A DNA stretch of 64,000 nucleotides from Octopus vulgaris (Eukaryota): assembly GCA_951406725.2 (NCBI GenBank), contig OX597822.1:56048001-56112000 (forward strand), written 5' to 3'. Position 1 is the first letter of the stretch. The number at the start of each line of letters is the position of its first letter. The notes under the pieces are model-generated. The model did no database searches and was not told where the DNA came from. It saw nothing but the letters and a program-made list of their open reading frames with translations. The position numbers and the translations under genes are program-made. Shown in pieces: positions 1-14,190 of this stretch.

Positions 1-169
1 GGTGAGTGTGTTTGTGTGTGCGTTCTCTTGGGTCTAAAATCCTTTTTGGTCCCAAATTGATGCAAATGGAACAGCTCATCTCCAAGTAACCGGTTTAACG
101 TGTAAACGGTGAACGGTATCATTGAATCGGTTGTCTGAATAAGTCTTTAACGGAGTAGAGAATTATGTA

Positions 170-431
170 GTAAGGTGGAAGAGGAAGAGGAAGCGGAGGA
201 GGAGAAAAGGAAGCAGCAGCAGCAAAAGAAGAAGAAGAAGAAGAAGAAGAAGAAGAAAAAGAAGAAGAAGAAAAAGAAGAAGAAAAAGAAGAAGAAAAAG
301 AAGAAGAAGAAAAGTAGAAGGAAAAGAAATAGATGAAGTTGAAGACAAAGAAATACAAAAAAAAGATTTATACAAAGAAAAAGAAGAAAAAGAATAAGAA
401 TAAGAAGGAGAAGAATTATGATGATGATGAT

Positions 432-492
<61 letters not shown>

Positions 493-620
493 GTGATGGT
501 GGTTGTGGTAATAATGGTGGTGCTGGTGGTGGTGCGGTTGGTAGTGGTAGTGGTGGGGATGGTGCTGGTAGTGCTGGTGGTAGTGGTGGTTGTGGTGGTG
601 CTGCTGCTGGTGTCGGTGTT
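170..620. repeat. Compound trinucleotide microsatellite (GAA)n-(GAT)n-(GGT)n
   Basis: Directly visible tandem triplets. Confidence 0.95.
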
Positions 621-797
621 TTCAGCGTTTTGAACTGTATAACAAGACAGGTGATTGATAGATTGAGTGGATGATGATGGAGAATATTAAAAACGCAAGA
701 CAGAAAGGAACTGAGCGGGGCTGGGTGAGAAAAATATAAAAACAACACAACTGTAAAGTTTAGAGAATTAGTAAAAGTATTATCATTAGATCACTGA

Positions 798-1012
798 AGG
801 TGGTGAGCATGCATGATGGTTAGCGCTTAGGACAAAATGCTAAACAAACATTTATTCCGGCTCTATATTCCGAATGCAAATTACGACAAGGCCAAGTTTG
901 CCTTTTAACCCTTCGGGTCAGTGAAACAGTGGGAATCAAATGCCGGGGTTAACATAATCGATTTGTCCCCTCTTCTCAAAATTACTGGCCTTGTATCAAA
1001 ATTGGAAACAAT
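798..1012 (+). mobile_element. SINE family C, degenerate copy
   Basis: Aligns by eye with 10202-10420 and the reverse copies at 14418-14632 and 38850-39003 (GGTGAGCTGGCAGAA...TTTGCCTTT...GGCCTTGTGCCAAAATTTGAA). Confidence 0.65.
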
Positions 1013-1556
1013 TAGTATTATTTGACCCCACACCCCCAGTGAACCTTAATCGGATCGAGTTCTCATGAAAGATATTCCAACCGTAATTATCCTGCTTTAT
1101 TTTTAACATAATACATCTACATCTACATTATCCAATATCTGATTAAAGCAATAGGGTTTAACTGCTATTTCTAGCAGATCAGGCAACCACATAAGGATTC
1201 ATAAGCTAGGGCCCTGGCGCGGGGACGCCATTAATGTGGTTTTATTGGATATAGTGGAGTCTCATTCTTCTTAGACACAAGTCAGCCCTGATTGACCTTC
1301 TCAAAAGCGTTCCAGCCATGATCACCCAGACATGACCATTGCCGACATGAGCGTAAGATTTCTTTGTTGAGATTGTGTTGTTTAGCCCCTGGTCTGGCCT
1401 CATTGAGCAGATCTATGATTAAAGATCCTGCAGGCCAAGACTCACCCGCCTGATTCATTTTTCCGTTATTTATTCTAGGTGCAATTTCAGGTATATTTAG
1501 CTGCTGTTATTAGTAATCGTTGTGGTGGCGCTGGGTACCATTTTGATTACACTCAC

Positions 1557-1719
1557 AGGCGCAGGAGTGGCTGTGTGGTAAGTAGCTTGCTTACCAACCA
1601 CACGGTTCCGGGTTCAGTCCCACTGCGTGGCACCTTGGGAAAGTGTCTTCTACTATAGCCTCGGGCCGACCAAAGCCTTGTGAGTGGATTTGGTAGACGG
1701 AAACTGAAAGAAGCCTGTC

Positions 1720-1769
<50 letters not shown>

Positions 1770-1999
1770 ATGCATATGTGTGCGTGTGTTTGTGTGTCTG
1801 TCTTTGTCCCCCCAACATCGCTTGACAACCGATGCTGGTATGTTTACGTCCCCGTAACTTAGCGGTTCGGCAAAAGAGACCGATGGAATAAGTACTCGGC
1901 TTACAACGAATAAGTCCTGGGGTCGATTTGCTCGACTAAAAGGCGGTGCTCCAGCATGGCCGCAGTCAAATGACTGAAACAAGTAAAAGAGTAAAGAGA
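1557..1999 (+). mobile_element. tRNA-derived SINE family A, full length, with internal (TA)n/(TG)n
   Basis: A-box TGGCTGTGTGG and B-box GGTTCAGTCC, internal microsatellite, 3' tail GGCGGTGCTCCAGCATGGCCGCAGTCAAATGACTGAAACAAGTAAAAGAG. Near-identical copies elsewhere in the window. Confidence 0.92.
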
Positions 2000-2195
2000 A
2001 TATTGCCTGTAGTGGTGAAAGCTAGATGATTCGTCCCTCCTCCCTCGCCTCCCACACGCACACACAACTTATTAGCCGTGGAGCAGTTGGTCGGTGTTAG
2101 AGGTAGTGTGACGGCGGTTGTGGATATCGTCGTTCGGCGGAACTGGCGCTTGTTGTGGAAGCATCATGTGTTATGCACACTACACTAGCAGTATC

Positions 2196-2238
<43 letters not shown>

Positions 2239-2662
2239 CGCATACACAAAAACACACAAACACACTCACACGCTCAAACACACGTACACACTGCGTGCGT
2301 GTGTCTGTGCACGCAAGAGTATGTGTGTATGCGTGTGTGTGTGTGTGTTTGTGAGTGTGCGTGTGCGTGATGTGTGTGTGTGAGTGTGTCTGCGATGGTA
2401 TGCGTTCGGTTGCAGGAATAGTGAAGTGTATGAAAGTGTTAATGGTGACGGTAGTGCGATAGTGGAGGGTGTATGGTTACTGGGATTAGTGCAGGAAGTA
2501 GTAGAAGTAGTAGTGGTGGTGGTGGTGGTGGTGTTGGTGATGGTGGTGGTGATGGTAGTGGTGGTTTTGGAGTTGGTGGTGCGGCTGTAGCATAGAAGTA
2601 CATGACTGGTGGTAGCCGAAAAATGTGTAGGTGTTACTAATGAAGACGACCACGTGTTTGCT

Positions 2663-2720
<58 letters not shown>

Positions 2721-2999
2721 AAGTTCGTGAAGGTGGTAATGGTGGTGGCGGTAGAAGTGGAGGTGGCGCTAGAAGTGGACATGGCGTGGGTGGTGGTGAT
2801 GGTGGAAGCGCTGATCGTATGGACGGGTTGGATAGAGATGTAATAGTGGGTGGGTGGGTGTGTTGTGATCAGCAGAGTAACGTAATCAAGAGACAAGCGT
2901 GGGTGGTAGGAAAAAAATAGGGTAAACAAAAGCCAAACATTCATTGATAAACGGCTGTTCCCTTACGGAACAGACCATTGCAATTTTTCACTAATATAG

Positions 3000-3117
3000 A
3001 CGGCTGACACTGCGGAGCGAACCATAACATTGCTTGTTTCAAAAGAGCATGCAGAGAGTGGGATAAAGAGATCCTTGAATGATAAGAGTGGAAGGAAGAG
3101 ATATATATATATATATT

Positions 3118-3161
<44 letters not shown>

Positions 3162-3695
3162 GAGGCAGTAAGAAGTTAAAGAAAGGAGAGAGGGTGAGAG
3201 TAAATGAGAAGAAGGGGGTGCTTAAGGAAAAGAGAAAGTTAGTGAGCGAGGAAAAGAATTGAGCGACTGCGCAAGAGGGGAGCGGATCTTTGCGAGTCTT
3301 TGTGTGAGTGTGTGCGCTATGCGTGCGTGTGATTGTTGGCGCGCGAGAGAGAAAGCGTGTGCGTGCGAGATAAATATGTGCGTGTGCTTTAGCGTGTGTG
3401 TGTATGAGTGCGTGTGTGTGTTTTGTTGTTGAGGAACGGAGTTAGAAAGATAGTGACAGAGACAGAAACGGATTGAAGGAGAAGATAGAGTGAAGTAAAA
3501 GAGAGAGCGAGACAGAGAGAAAGAGAGAGAGAGAGAGTGAGTGTGTGCGCGTGTGTATGTGTGTATGCATGTGTGTGTTTTATGTGTGTGAGTGAGTGTA
3601 TGTGTATGTGTGGTGCGTGCGTGGAATGACTATAAAAAGAATACAAATGATATGAAAATTGCGGGGGTGGGATAGACAGAAAGATTGTGCATGTA

Positions 3696-3728
<33 letters not shown>

Positions 3729-5216
3729 TAGACAAACAGATAGATAGATAGAGAGAGAGAGAGATAAACATAAATTGAAGTTGTGAGAGAAACGATGAAA
3801 TAAAGATGAAAGTTGGACAAAGAGATAAATCAAGTAGGAAGCGAGAAGTTAACAACGGCAACAACAACAACAATTATAAACAAAGATAAACGGCAGAGCA
3901 GCAACAATAAAAACGACAACAGCAATAATAAAGTATTGATATCTCACCAATATTAAAAGTCACAAGAATAACAACGTAAGTTGCTGAAATTTTCAGAAAA
4001 ATATTTTTTAAAAATATAAAAAAGAAAAAAAATAATAATTAATAATATTTCTGGAGACGGAAGTTAAGAACATTCGATTCTTTTGAAAATTTTACGTCGA
4101 AAACTTCAGATCGAGAGGAAGGAGAAAAAGAAAGAATGATACTAATAACATCAACAGGAATTCTAAAAGGAAGAAAAATCTGAGGAAAAAAAAAAAAAGA
4201 AAATAGTTATAAAAAATTTTTATTAAAAGAAAAATTTACAGTACAACAACAATAATATTATCAACAGCAAGGCTGATTGCTGCAAACGGAGTAAAAAGAA
4301 TCGTTCAGTTTAAGGAATTTGGAAAGTAAAAAAGTAGTAAAGAGAAAAGAAAAATATAGGAAGCGGAAAAAAAAATCAAAATCACTAACTGAAAATAAAA
4401 GCAGATAAAAAAATAGTTTTTTTTAAAATTAAGAACAACCACAGCTAAAGTAATTTAGCAATTAACAAAAGACAAATAGACGAAAGAAAACTATATATAT
4501 ACGTTTTGGAGCGCACGCGAATATGTACTTATTCTTGACAAATTGAAAACTGATTTGCATTCTGTTTATGCAGTTTTTATAAATTATTTTTGTGTATAAT
4601 AAGTGCATGTGTATATATCTCTGCAAGAACATTACTTCCAAGAACCACAACAATACAAACAACACCAGAAGAAACAATAATAGCAGCAACAGCAACAAAT
4701 AATAATACAACGATCTAAAAAAAATACGATTATAATACTGACAAAAAAAAAACCCAGCTGACATTAACTACACCAATAACAATATTGCAAAGAATAATAA
4801 CTATAAATATATATGAATTAATACACATATATATGTGTGTGTGTGTGCGTGTGTGTCTGTGCGCTCAGTAATAATATCAACATCTAAGAGTGATTACTAT
4901 TTTGTATTAATATTATTTTATACATATTATTGACACACAAACAAAACTTTTTCATCATAATCGTCGTTAAGCGGAAACGAAAACTAAGTCAAATACTACA
5001 CACACACACTTTCTCGCATATACACGTTAACAACAATAACAGGAACTTTATGAATGGAAACAATAAACGGCTAAAACTTTATAAACAACTATAACTATTA
5101 CTACAACAGAAAGAACAACTACGAAGAAAAATACATTGAGAGTTTGAATAAAGTTGTTTTGAGTGAGAAAGTGAAAGTAGAAAAAAGAAGATAAAGAACT
5201 TGTGATTGTTTCAATC
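3000..5216 (+). promoter_or_regulatory. Putative promoter and long 5' UTR of the 5217 gene
   Basis: (GA)n and CG-containing GCGCGCGAGAG/GTGCG tracts at 3120-3780, then a strongly A-biased TE-free stretch up to the ATG. Transcription start not determinable. Confidence 0.35.
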
Positions 5217-5282
5217 ATGTGGAAGTTTTTTATAGTCACGTTTATCTTACAAGTCGGACTTGGAACTGTCCTCAGCGTCAAG
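5217..5282 (+). CDS. Putative first coding exon of a secreted or membrane protein (signal peptide MWKFFIVTFILQVGLGTVLSVK)
   Basis: ATG at 5217 (context ATCATGT). 22 codons with basic N-terminus, hydrophobic core and small residues at the end, then AAG|GTAAGG donor at 5283 (phase 0). Preceded by ~1.4 kb of A-rich, TE-free UTR-like sequence. No downstream exon identified. Confidence 0.7.
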
Positions 5283-5292
5283 GTAAGGCAAG

Positions 5293-5328
<36 letters not shown>

Positions 5329-5754
5329 GATGATGATGATGTTTGGTGAAGATGTTAGATGGTGATGCTTGCGGGTAGTGGTGGCGGTAATGGTGGTGTT
5401 GGTTGTGATGAAAATGATGATAGCAATAACGATAGCAATGATGATGATGATGATAGGAAGGAGGAGGAGGGAGAGGATAGTTGCGCTGGCTGTGGGGTAG
5501 GGGTCATAGTTTCTTGGTGGGTGACGATAATTTTGACGCTGATTGTGTTGATAGTAATGGTGATATTTATGATAAAGTATTTTGTAAGAGTATTAACTAG
5601 AATTCCAAACATTAATAGGATAAAATATCACCTATAAACATCATCATGATCATGATCATCTTCATCTCCATCGTTGCTGTCGTCGTCGTTGTCATCGACA
5701 GAGACTTCCCCTCTATTCAAGAAAATAACAAAACAAAAATAATCATTGATGCAA

Positions 5755-5950
5755 GTATGGTAGTGTTGTTAAAAAGTTTGCTTCGCAACCGCACGTGGTT
5801 TCAGGTTCAGTTCTACTGCACGGCGCCGTGGGCAAATGTTTTCTGCTATAAACCCGAATCAATCTATATGTCACTTGCTTTGTCTGACTGAATCCTTAAG
5901 GCGTGCCCCAGCATGGCTGTAGTCCAATGACTGAAACAAGTAATTGAATA
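5755..5950 (+). mobile_element. SINE family A, internally deleted and diverged
   Basis: Head (GGTTCAGTTCTACTGCACGGC) joined to tail (CCCCAGCATGGCTGTAGTCCAATGACTGAAACAAG). Confidence 0.7.
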
Positions 5951-6802
5951 AATGCATAACAGAAAATGGACAACTATAGTCGCCAGAAATCATCTTAAGT
6001 TAAATCTTTATCTCTTGCATACAGACAAGAGCTACTAAAAAACTTTCTATCTTTGCAGAACTAACACCCAAACCTGCAACCTACCACCACCATCAATTTC
6101 CGAGCCAACCTTAGCGGTCCAAACCTAGTAGAACCTAACCGTCAAATCTCCTCCAATTCACACCTTATTGTCTTAAAAAGTAAACTTTGATTACGATATC
6201 CTATATGCTCCTAAAAAGACAGCATGGTTATGGCTGTGAGAATTTTCGTTATAAGCCGGCTCCATGAAGGGTAATTTGCAATAAACAACAGCGGTGAAGA
6301 CATCACTAACACTGCAGTGTCCATCAACACAATCACCCGACAACAACGTTGTTCACCGCCATTGCCTCCACCACCACCACCACCACCACCATCAACAACA
6401 TCCATCATCAACATTACCATCGCCACTAACACCATCAACACCGTCACCGAGATCACCGACACTCCATAAATTATATTACAATCACGATATCGGCCACCCC
6501 AGGCAGCGTCACCACCACCACTATCAGAACCGCCATAATCATTGTCACCGTCATCATCCTCGGAGATTAAAGGATATTTTTATGTTATTTTGTAAATTTT
6601 GATATTGATATAGATTTTATTGTTTTTTTGTTTAATTAAATGAAATTAGATTAAATCGCTCAATCAAATTTCTATGGCCGACGCGTACTGTATGCATGTA
6701 TTAAAGTAGGCATATTTTTAAGTATGTACATGTACATATTATGTAGGTATATAGATACAAATTATCTATCTATGTATCTATGTATCTATGTATGTATGTA
6801 TG

Positions 6803-6982
<180 letters not shown>

Positions 6983-7362
6983 TATGTCTACATATGTGTG
7001 CATATGTGTTTACGTATGAATATACATATTTATGTATGTATGCATGAATTTATGAATGCATGTGTCTACGCTCGTGAGTATGTTGGATGGAAGCATGGAT
7101 ATGCATGAACATATGTATGTGATGTGCATGTGTATGTGCTTATATAGTGTGTTTGTTCACCATTATCGCTAGGCGACCGACCTTCTTTTGTTTACATCCC
7201 TGTAACGTAACAGTTCGGCATAACAGACCGACATAATAAGTACCAGACTTGAAAAAAAATTAGAACTTGGATCAATTAGTTCCACTAGACCATACAAAAC
7301 GCTGCCCCATCACATTGCAGACAATTTACGGTAGCGAGTAAAAGATAATAGACAGATAGAAG

Positions 7363-7405
<43 letters not shown>

Positions 7406-7428
7406 TGATAGTTGAGTGAGTCTTTATG

Positions 7429-7476
<48 letters not shown>

Positions 7477-7590
7477 GTATGTATATACATACATATATAT
7501 ATATAAATGTATAAATGTATATATATGTATGTATGTAATAATATATGTATGTATATATATAAGTTTGTATATATATATATATATGTATGT

Positions 7591-7900
7591 ATATAAAGAA
7601 AGTAAGATAAGGTAGAAAATACTAAAACAATTTTATCATGAAAATCATTTTAGTACCAGTTATAGCCCTTGCAACTTTTTCAAGAAAAGCATGAAAAACG
7701 ATTAAATGACGGAAAAATTAAATAAAATGTTTTTATAAAAATATTTCCATAAAAAACATTTCATTTAATTTTTCCACAATTTAATTGTCTTTCATGCTTG
7801 ACTTTAAGTTGAAAAAGTCGCAAAAACTGAAACCGGTACTAAAATGCTTTTCATGGTAAATTTATTTTCGCATTTTCTACCTTGTCTTATTTTTCATATA
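7591..7900. mobile_element. Palindromic PLE terminal-repeat relic between (TA)n tracts
   Basis: Imperfect ~150 bp arms centred near 7740. Right arm matches the 3' end of the GIY-YIG PLE at 24450-24590, including TTGAAAA...GAAACCGGTACT (7809-7840). Confidence 0.8.
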
Positions 7901-7961
7901 CATATCAACTTGTGTGTTTCTTTTCAACCTTCTACACACACACATATATATATATTTATAT

Positions 7962-8037
<76 letters not shown>

Positions 8038-8056
8038 TTGTGTGTGAGTGTGTGTA

Positions 8057-8117
<61 letters not shown>

Positions 8118-8138
8118 ATATATGTGTATATGCAGACA

Positions 8139-8179
<41 letters not shown>

Positions 8180-8564
8180 TTGGAGGCTGTAGCTGTGGAT
8201 GGCTACGGCACTCATTTTTTTATTATTTTATTTTATTTCGTTTACACGAAATTGTTTCTGTGTTTTGTTTTACTGCTTATGCAAAGTTACTCCTACATTC
8301 ATGTAGAAACCGGGAAAGGATTTTCTTCGAGAAAGAGATAACGAACAGATATGCATTTTCAATGATGACCCACGCGCACACGCCCAAGGACACGCACACA
8401 CCCATGCACATACCTTTGTAAATGCATGAATGTATACTTACACACAAAAAAAAATGAAGATAGCAATTTATTACTACAATATGCTTACATATAGCCATAT
8501 ATACAGACATATATCCACATATATACACATACACACACGGGAATATATATATATGTATATATAT

Positions 8565-8955
8565 AGGCGCAGGAGTAGCTGTGTGGTAAGTAGCTTGCTT
8601 ACCAACCACATGGTTCCGGGTTCAGTCCAACTGCGTGGCACCTTGGGCAAGTGTCTTCTACTATAGCCTCGGGCCAACCAATGCCTTGTGAGTGGATTTG
8701 GTAGACGGAAACTGAAAGAAGCCTGTCGTATATATGTATATATATATATGTGTGTGTATGTTAGTGTGTCTGTGTTTATCCCCCTAGCATTGCTGGTGTG
8801 TTTGCGTCCCCGTAACTTAGCGGTTCGGCAAAGGAGACCGATAGAATAAGTAGTGGGCTTACAAAGAATAAGTCCCGGGGTCGAGTTGCTCGATTAAAGG
8901 CGGTGCTCCAGCATGGCCGCAGTCAAATGACTGAAACAAGTAAAAGAGTAAAGAG
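8565..8955 (+). mobile_element. SINE family A, full length
   Basis: Same head, body and tail as 1557-1999. Confidence 0.92.
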
Positions 8956-9099
8956 TATATACATATATAAATAAATAAATAAATAAATATATATGTACAT
9001 AGATATATGTATATATACATATGTATACAGGTGGCGTGCAAAGATATATATGTGTGTGTATGAGTGTGAGTGAGTATAAGCATGTATGTGTGTGCGCCC

Positions 9100-9817
9100 A
9101 CGTGTTCCACCAGACAGAGAGAAGAACCTTCTTCGCATGGAGTTTCCTTTTCGGCTGCGTTTGGTCCTGTTCCCATTCACCAAGCCAATATCTACGACAC
9201 TTAACATTTTGATATAAGACCCAGTTTTCATGACCGGTCATCAGTCTGTCCAAAAAGGTTGACATGAGTTCATGAGAACGAAGAGAAGAGCAAATGTCCA
9301 TTCGAGATTTGCGATTGGCTTCAGACAAATCATGAGCACCCATTATCCGAGTTTGTGGACCTTTCCAAGCTGTTGAAGGTGGCAGTGAACAATTGTATGG
9401 GTTAAACGAAGCTTGCCTGCCAATTCTTAAAATCAAACTGCATGATCTTGTTCTTGTTCTGCCAAACTCAATTGGACGTCCTGTTCGAGCCTCATCTTCA
9501 AGGCTGAAATCTATAATTCTGAATTTTGCCAATCCTCTTCAGCTTGTTCTTTCATTCAGATACTCTTCCCCATAAGCTGAGTGAATATTTCGAGTCGCTT
9601 CAGCTGCAAAGTTCTCATTTTTAAACACATAATGCATTATGTACCTTAAATGCGCCTTAGACACTACCATGTTTGAAGAGATATAATTAGTGAAATTTAA
9701 TTAGTTTAAATATGTCCAAATACATATAACTTGATGCCATAAGATATTCTAAATTACTGTTAAAGTGTTCGAAAATTTCAAATATAGAAGTCCGAACATT
9801 ACTTATGGGATAAACAT
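9100..9817 (-). mobile_element. Mariner (Tc1/mariner) transposon relic, 5' half
   Basis: ATG near 9670 gives MVVSKAHLRYIMHYVFK...AAEATRNIHSAYG; later GRP, a WVPHEL-like segment (GAHDLSEAN) and FLDRLMTGHENWVLY (TGDEKW motif). Stops and frameshifts present. TIR-like end near 9790-9817 next to TA. Confidence 0.88.
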
Positions 9818-10201
9818 ATATATACCTACACATACACACATATATACAGACATATACAGATATATACATACATACCATATATATATATACATACATATAT
9901 GTATGTATACATACATATGTATACATACACACACACACATTATATCATGTTACACGTTGACTAAAATCTTGGGCTAGCTTTCATAATCTCTTTAATTGGT
10001 AATAAAACAAATTATTATAAACTCATGCTTAATGCTATAACTTAGACACGTGTAACAATAGTAATGTGAATAAGAAATCTGTTACTCTAGATTCATTTGT
10101 TTAGGTATTCTCTCATGATATACTTCTCTTTATAGAAACAATGAAGGCCGTCACGACATTTTATTTTATTGTATATTATTAATATATTCCACACATTTAA
10201 A

Positions 10202-10420
10202 GTGGTAAGCTGGCAGAATCGTTAGTACGCTGGATGAAATGCTTCGCGGTATTTCGCCTGTCGCTCCGTTCTGAGTTCAAATTTTGCCCTTGTCGACTTT
10301 GCTTTTCAGCCTTTCGAGGTCAAGAAAATAAACTTCAGCTGACCACTGTGGTTGATGTAATCCACTGAGCCCCTACCTGAAATTGCTGGCCTTGTGCCAA
10401 AATTTGAAGCTATTATTATT
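10202..10420 (+). mobile_element. SINE family C
   Basis: tRNA-like head with GAGTTCAAAT B-box; same body as other family C copies; (ATT)n tail. Confidence 0.75.
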
Positions 10421-10566
10421 ACGTGTGTCTGTGTGTGTGTGTGTGTGTGTATGAAATCGTAGTGATATCTAAGACAGATGAACCACTGCAGCCGAGGATT
10501 CTGTGCACACAAACCCGGCATTTAAAGGATATGGACACAAGCACATATACAGAAATATTTATTCAC

Positions 10567-10900
<334 letters not shown>

Positions 10901-10922
10901 ATGTATATATAGTTATATATAT

Positions 10923-11005
<83 letters not shown>

Positions 11006-11759
11006 TTTGTGCATGAATGTGTTTACAGACACATATATACATATGCACATGTTGATAGAATTCTGCTGCGTTTCACACAAACAAGATTCAGTCTTCTGCT
11101 ATGGCCATATGTTGGTCACTTCCTATCTATATCACGAGAGACTTGTCCATACTATTGTACAATGAAATCGAACGTGCAGCCCCTTGATTGCATGTTCCAT
11201 CATAATAAATAATTGGAGTCAATGCTTATGCAAATATGTATATAATAATATTACTTAAACGCCCGCCCCTAATTCCTTGATTATGAAACACCACAGCAAG
11301 GCGTTGTTGTCTCTACGCCGTTGCTCCCTAAGCGTAAAAACTGTGGGTACGCACTTCCTTAGTTCAGTGGATTAATACATTCCTCGTACACATAGGTTTC
11401 TTTAGATAAAGCTTAAGAGTGTCTTTTAGCTGTGCACCAAGAATAAATGAGTTATTAGTAGGTCTACACCTGAGACAGGGACAGCAAGCTCAGGAAGGGG
11501 AAAAACCAACTTTCTCTTAACGGTCACTGCAATACAGAGGCAACGTCAAAGGACCACAAAATGGCCGTCAAACATGAGAAAGTATGTGGGCGCGACAGAC
11601 GGTCCTTTTGGGACCAGATTCAACAATCATAAATATGGTTATATGTGTGTGTGTGTGGGTGTCTGTTTTTGTGTGTATTCCTGCGTATGTGTGCGTGTAT
11701 GTGCGTGCGTGTGTGTGTAAGTGTATGTGTGTGTGTGTGTTTGTGTAAAAAATCAACTA

Positions 11760-11950
11760 GGATTGCAATATCAAGTCAAACATTTTGAAGAAGTGCAAAT
11801 CTTATTTTAATTGTAGCAGAAAGTGTAAAGTAGGCTTATCCCCCAAAAGAATTATATTAAAAATTTCTCTTCCCCTCGATATCTACCTAAACTGCAGAAA
11901 CGAGATTTTTCTTCCGTGCCCACATGAGAAAAGGTACATGATGGCTTACT
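11760..11950 (+). pseudogene. C-terminal fragment of a PLE endonuclease region
   Basis: NILKKCKSYFNCSRKCKVGL...LNCRNEIFLPCPHEKRY resembles the PLE C-terminal pattern (ILxxCxxY...RCxLC...LNxRxE...CRH). Confidence 0.55.
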
Positions 11951-13018
11951 CACAGGCCCCACCATGATTACAAACGCTAGGATCCCACCATCATCCTTCC
12001 ATCATCAAAACATAAGAACCCAGCAAAGTTTTCATCAAGCTATACACACATGGAGACACGCGTACGCGACCAAACAGGACCAGTTCTTGCAGCACAAACA
12101 TCATTTCTCTGGAATTCCCAACTGCTCATTTTATTCTTGCAACCATCAACTTAGAACCATCGAGAAGAACATTAATCCCATCAACATCACCACGATAGGA
12201 TGACCATCCAGGGTAATGGTTACTGCTTTCTATTGTTGTATGATGTTGTTTAACCCTGGGTTAGTTGTGATCCAGAAAACATATGGCCAGAATCATATTG
12301 ATGCCTTTTCGTCATCTTTCAGACTTTATATTTCTACGGCTACAATATGTGACCATTTTAGACTGTATGGTGTAATTTGAAGAATGTTTTGTCATTAATT
12401 TTAGTTGGTCGATGCCCTATTATTGAGGCACTCGAGTTCTTAATAATATCAGTGATATTATTGTAACTGTTATTCTAAGTTGAAACAGATTTGCCAACTG
12501 TTTTAAGGGGGCCAAATGACGATGCAGTTTCCTTCGTTGTAATCCAACACTAGCAAAAGAAACAAGTAAAATACATACGAAACGTTTAATAAACGAAGTT
12601 AATAGAATTATGCGTGATTAAATTATGAACGATGAATATGGCACATACTAAAATTTAGCATATATCCGATAACTTTAGTCCTAGCACAAATCATTCTAAA
12701 GATAGCACTGAATCATATTACAGATTTCTGGTGATATTTTGAAGGTAAAAGACAAATATAAAATGAACTTATCCAATCTATTTACATTTTAAAAGAATAT
12801 TATACAAATGACAATTGTAATATTAAGTCTTTTAATATGTTTGTATCTACTCTCTACATCTCTATATATCCCTTTATCTGTTTCTTTGCCAATATGTCGG
12901 TTATTCTTGTCCGAGGCAGTATGATTATATGTGATTATAATGGGCATATATTGTCACAACCAATTGCCGAAAACATTAAAAAGATTTAAATACACACAGA
13001 CACATATGTATGCATGTA

Positions 13019-13056
<38 letters not shown>

Positions 13057-13130
13057 CATATATAAATATATATATATATATAAATATATATATATATATC
13101 CATCACACACACACACATATATACATACAC

Positions 13131-13530
13131 AATAATGACAATAATTATAGGATGGAATTTATAACTAATTATTGTATCGCTAAGCAAGCACGTTTTCACA
13201 AATCACATGATTTTGCCATCAGAGTCGGTATCCTTGGAATTAGCACAGTATAGTCCGTATTATCCGTGGGCATCCGGTTGATCATCATCATTGATTTATT
13301 TCATCAAGCAATACTGCATTATTGGATGATTCATCCAATGTGATTCATCTAATGATGCTGTATCACCTGATGAAATGAATCAATGATGATCATCAACTAA
13401 TACGCACGAATAATACGGACTATACTGTACTAATCCCAAGGATACTGACTCTGATGTTAAAATAATGTGAAACGTGCGTAGTGATGTATTAAATATTTAT
13501 AAATTCCATCCTAGAATTATTGTTATTATT
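13131..13530. mobile_element. ~400 bp imperfect palindrome with HHR-like motif, probable PLE end
   Basis: Arms of ~200 bp centred near 13335. CTGATG (13451)...GAAACGTG (13469) on + and mirrored on -. Confidence 0.7.
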
Positions 13531-13842
13531 ATATTTATCATTCAGACAAGTTCTTCATTGAATTTGTGGGAAACATCTCCACTTACTTTCTGCCATCAGT
13601 TTCCAAAACTTGTGAGTGATTCTATACAAGCCTTCATCACTGAATGTCTGTACATCGTATTTTGTATTTGGTGCCTGTATTTATGCAGCATGAACTTCGT
13701 ATCCTCTCCGCAGCATTGAATTCGTATTGAGGATCTGCTACATATATGCAATATCCGAGGAATTATATTTATACTAAATGGTGCTAAGATAGTTTATAAC
13801 TTAGACCGATGTCATACATTCTGGTACATGGCTCAGGATGAA

Positions 13843-14190
13843 GGCACATGGATCAGTGGTTAGAGTGTCAGGCTCACAATCATGAGGTAATGAGTTCGAT
13901 TCCCGGACAGGGCTGTGAGTTGATTTCTTGAGCAAGACACCTTATTTCACGTTGCTTCAGTTCACTCAGCTGTAGTAATGAGTAGTGATGTCACTGGTCC
14001 AAGCTGTATCAGCTTTTGCCTTTCTCTTGGATAACATCGGTGGCATGGAGAGGGGAGGCTGGTATGAATGGGCGACTGCCGGTCTTCCATAAAGCAACCT
14101 TGCCCACATTTGTTCCTCGGAGGAGGAACTTTCTAGGTGCAATGCCATGGTCATTCATGAGCGAAGGGGGTCTTTACCCTTTAACCCTTT
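13843..14190 (+). mobile_element. tRNA-derived SINE family B (CORE-like central domain)
   Basis: A-box TGGATCAGTGG and B-box GAGTTCGATTCC; CTTGAGCAAGACAC...CACTCAGCTGTAG body; matches 31781-32115. Confidence 0.85.

Noticed and set aside
1553-1982. Repeated ORFs such as MFQSFDCGHAGAPP and RQASFSFRLPNPLTR as a gene family
   Set aside because: They are frames of SINE family A copies.
5359-5637. 92 aa ORF with a hydrophobic stretch
   Set aside because: Lies just after the splice donor in degenerate triplet repeats; composition explained by GAT/GGT/GTT runs.
13843-13920. tRNA gene (also 31781-31850)
   Set aside because: tRNA-like part continues into a SINE body, and one copy has a target-site duplication.
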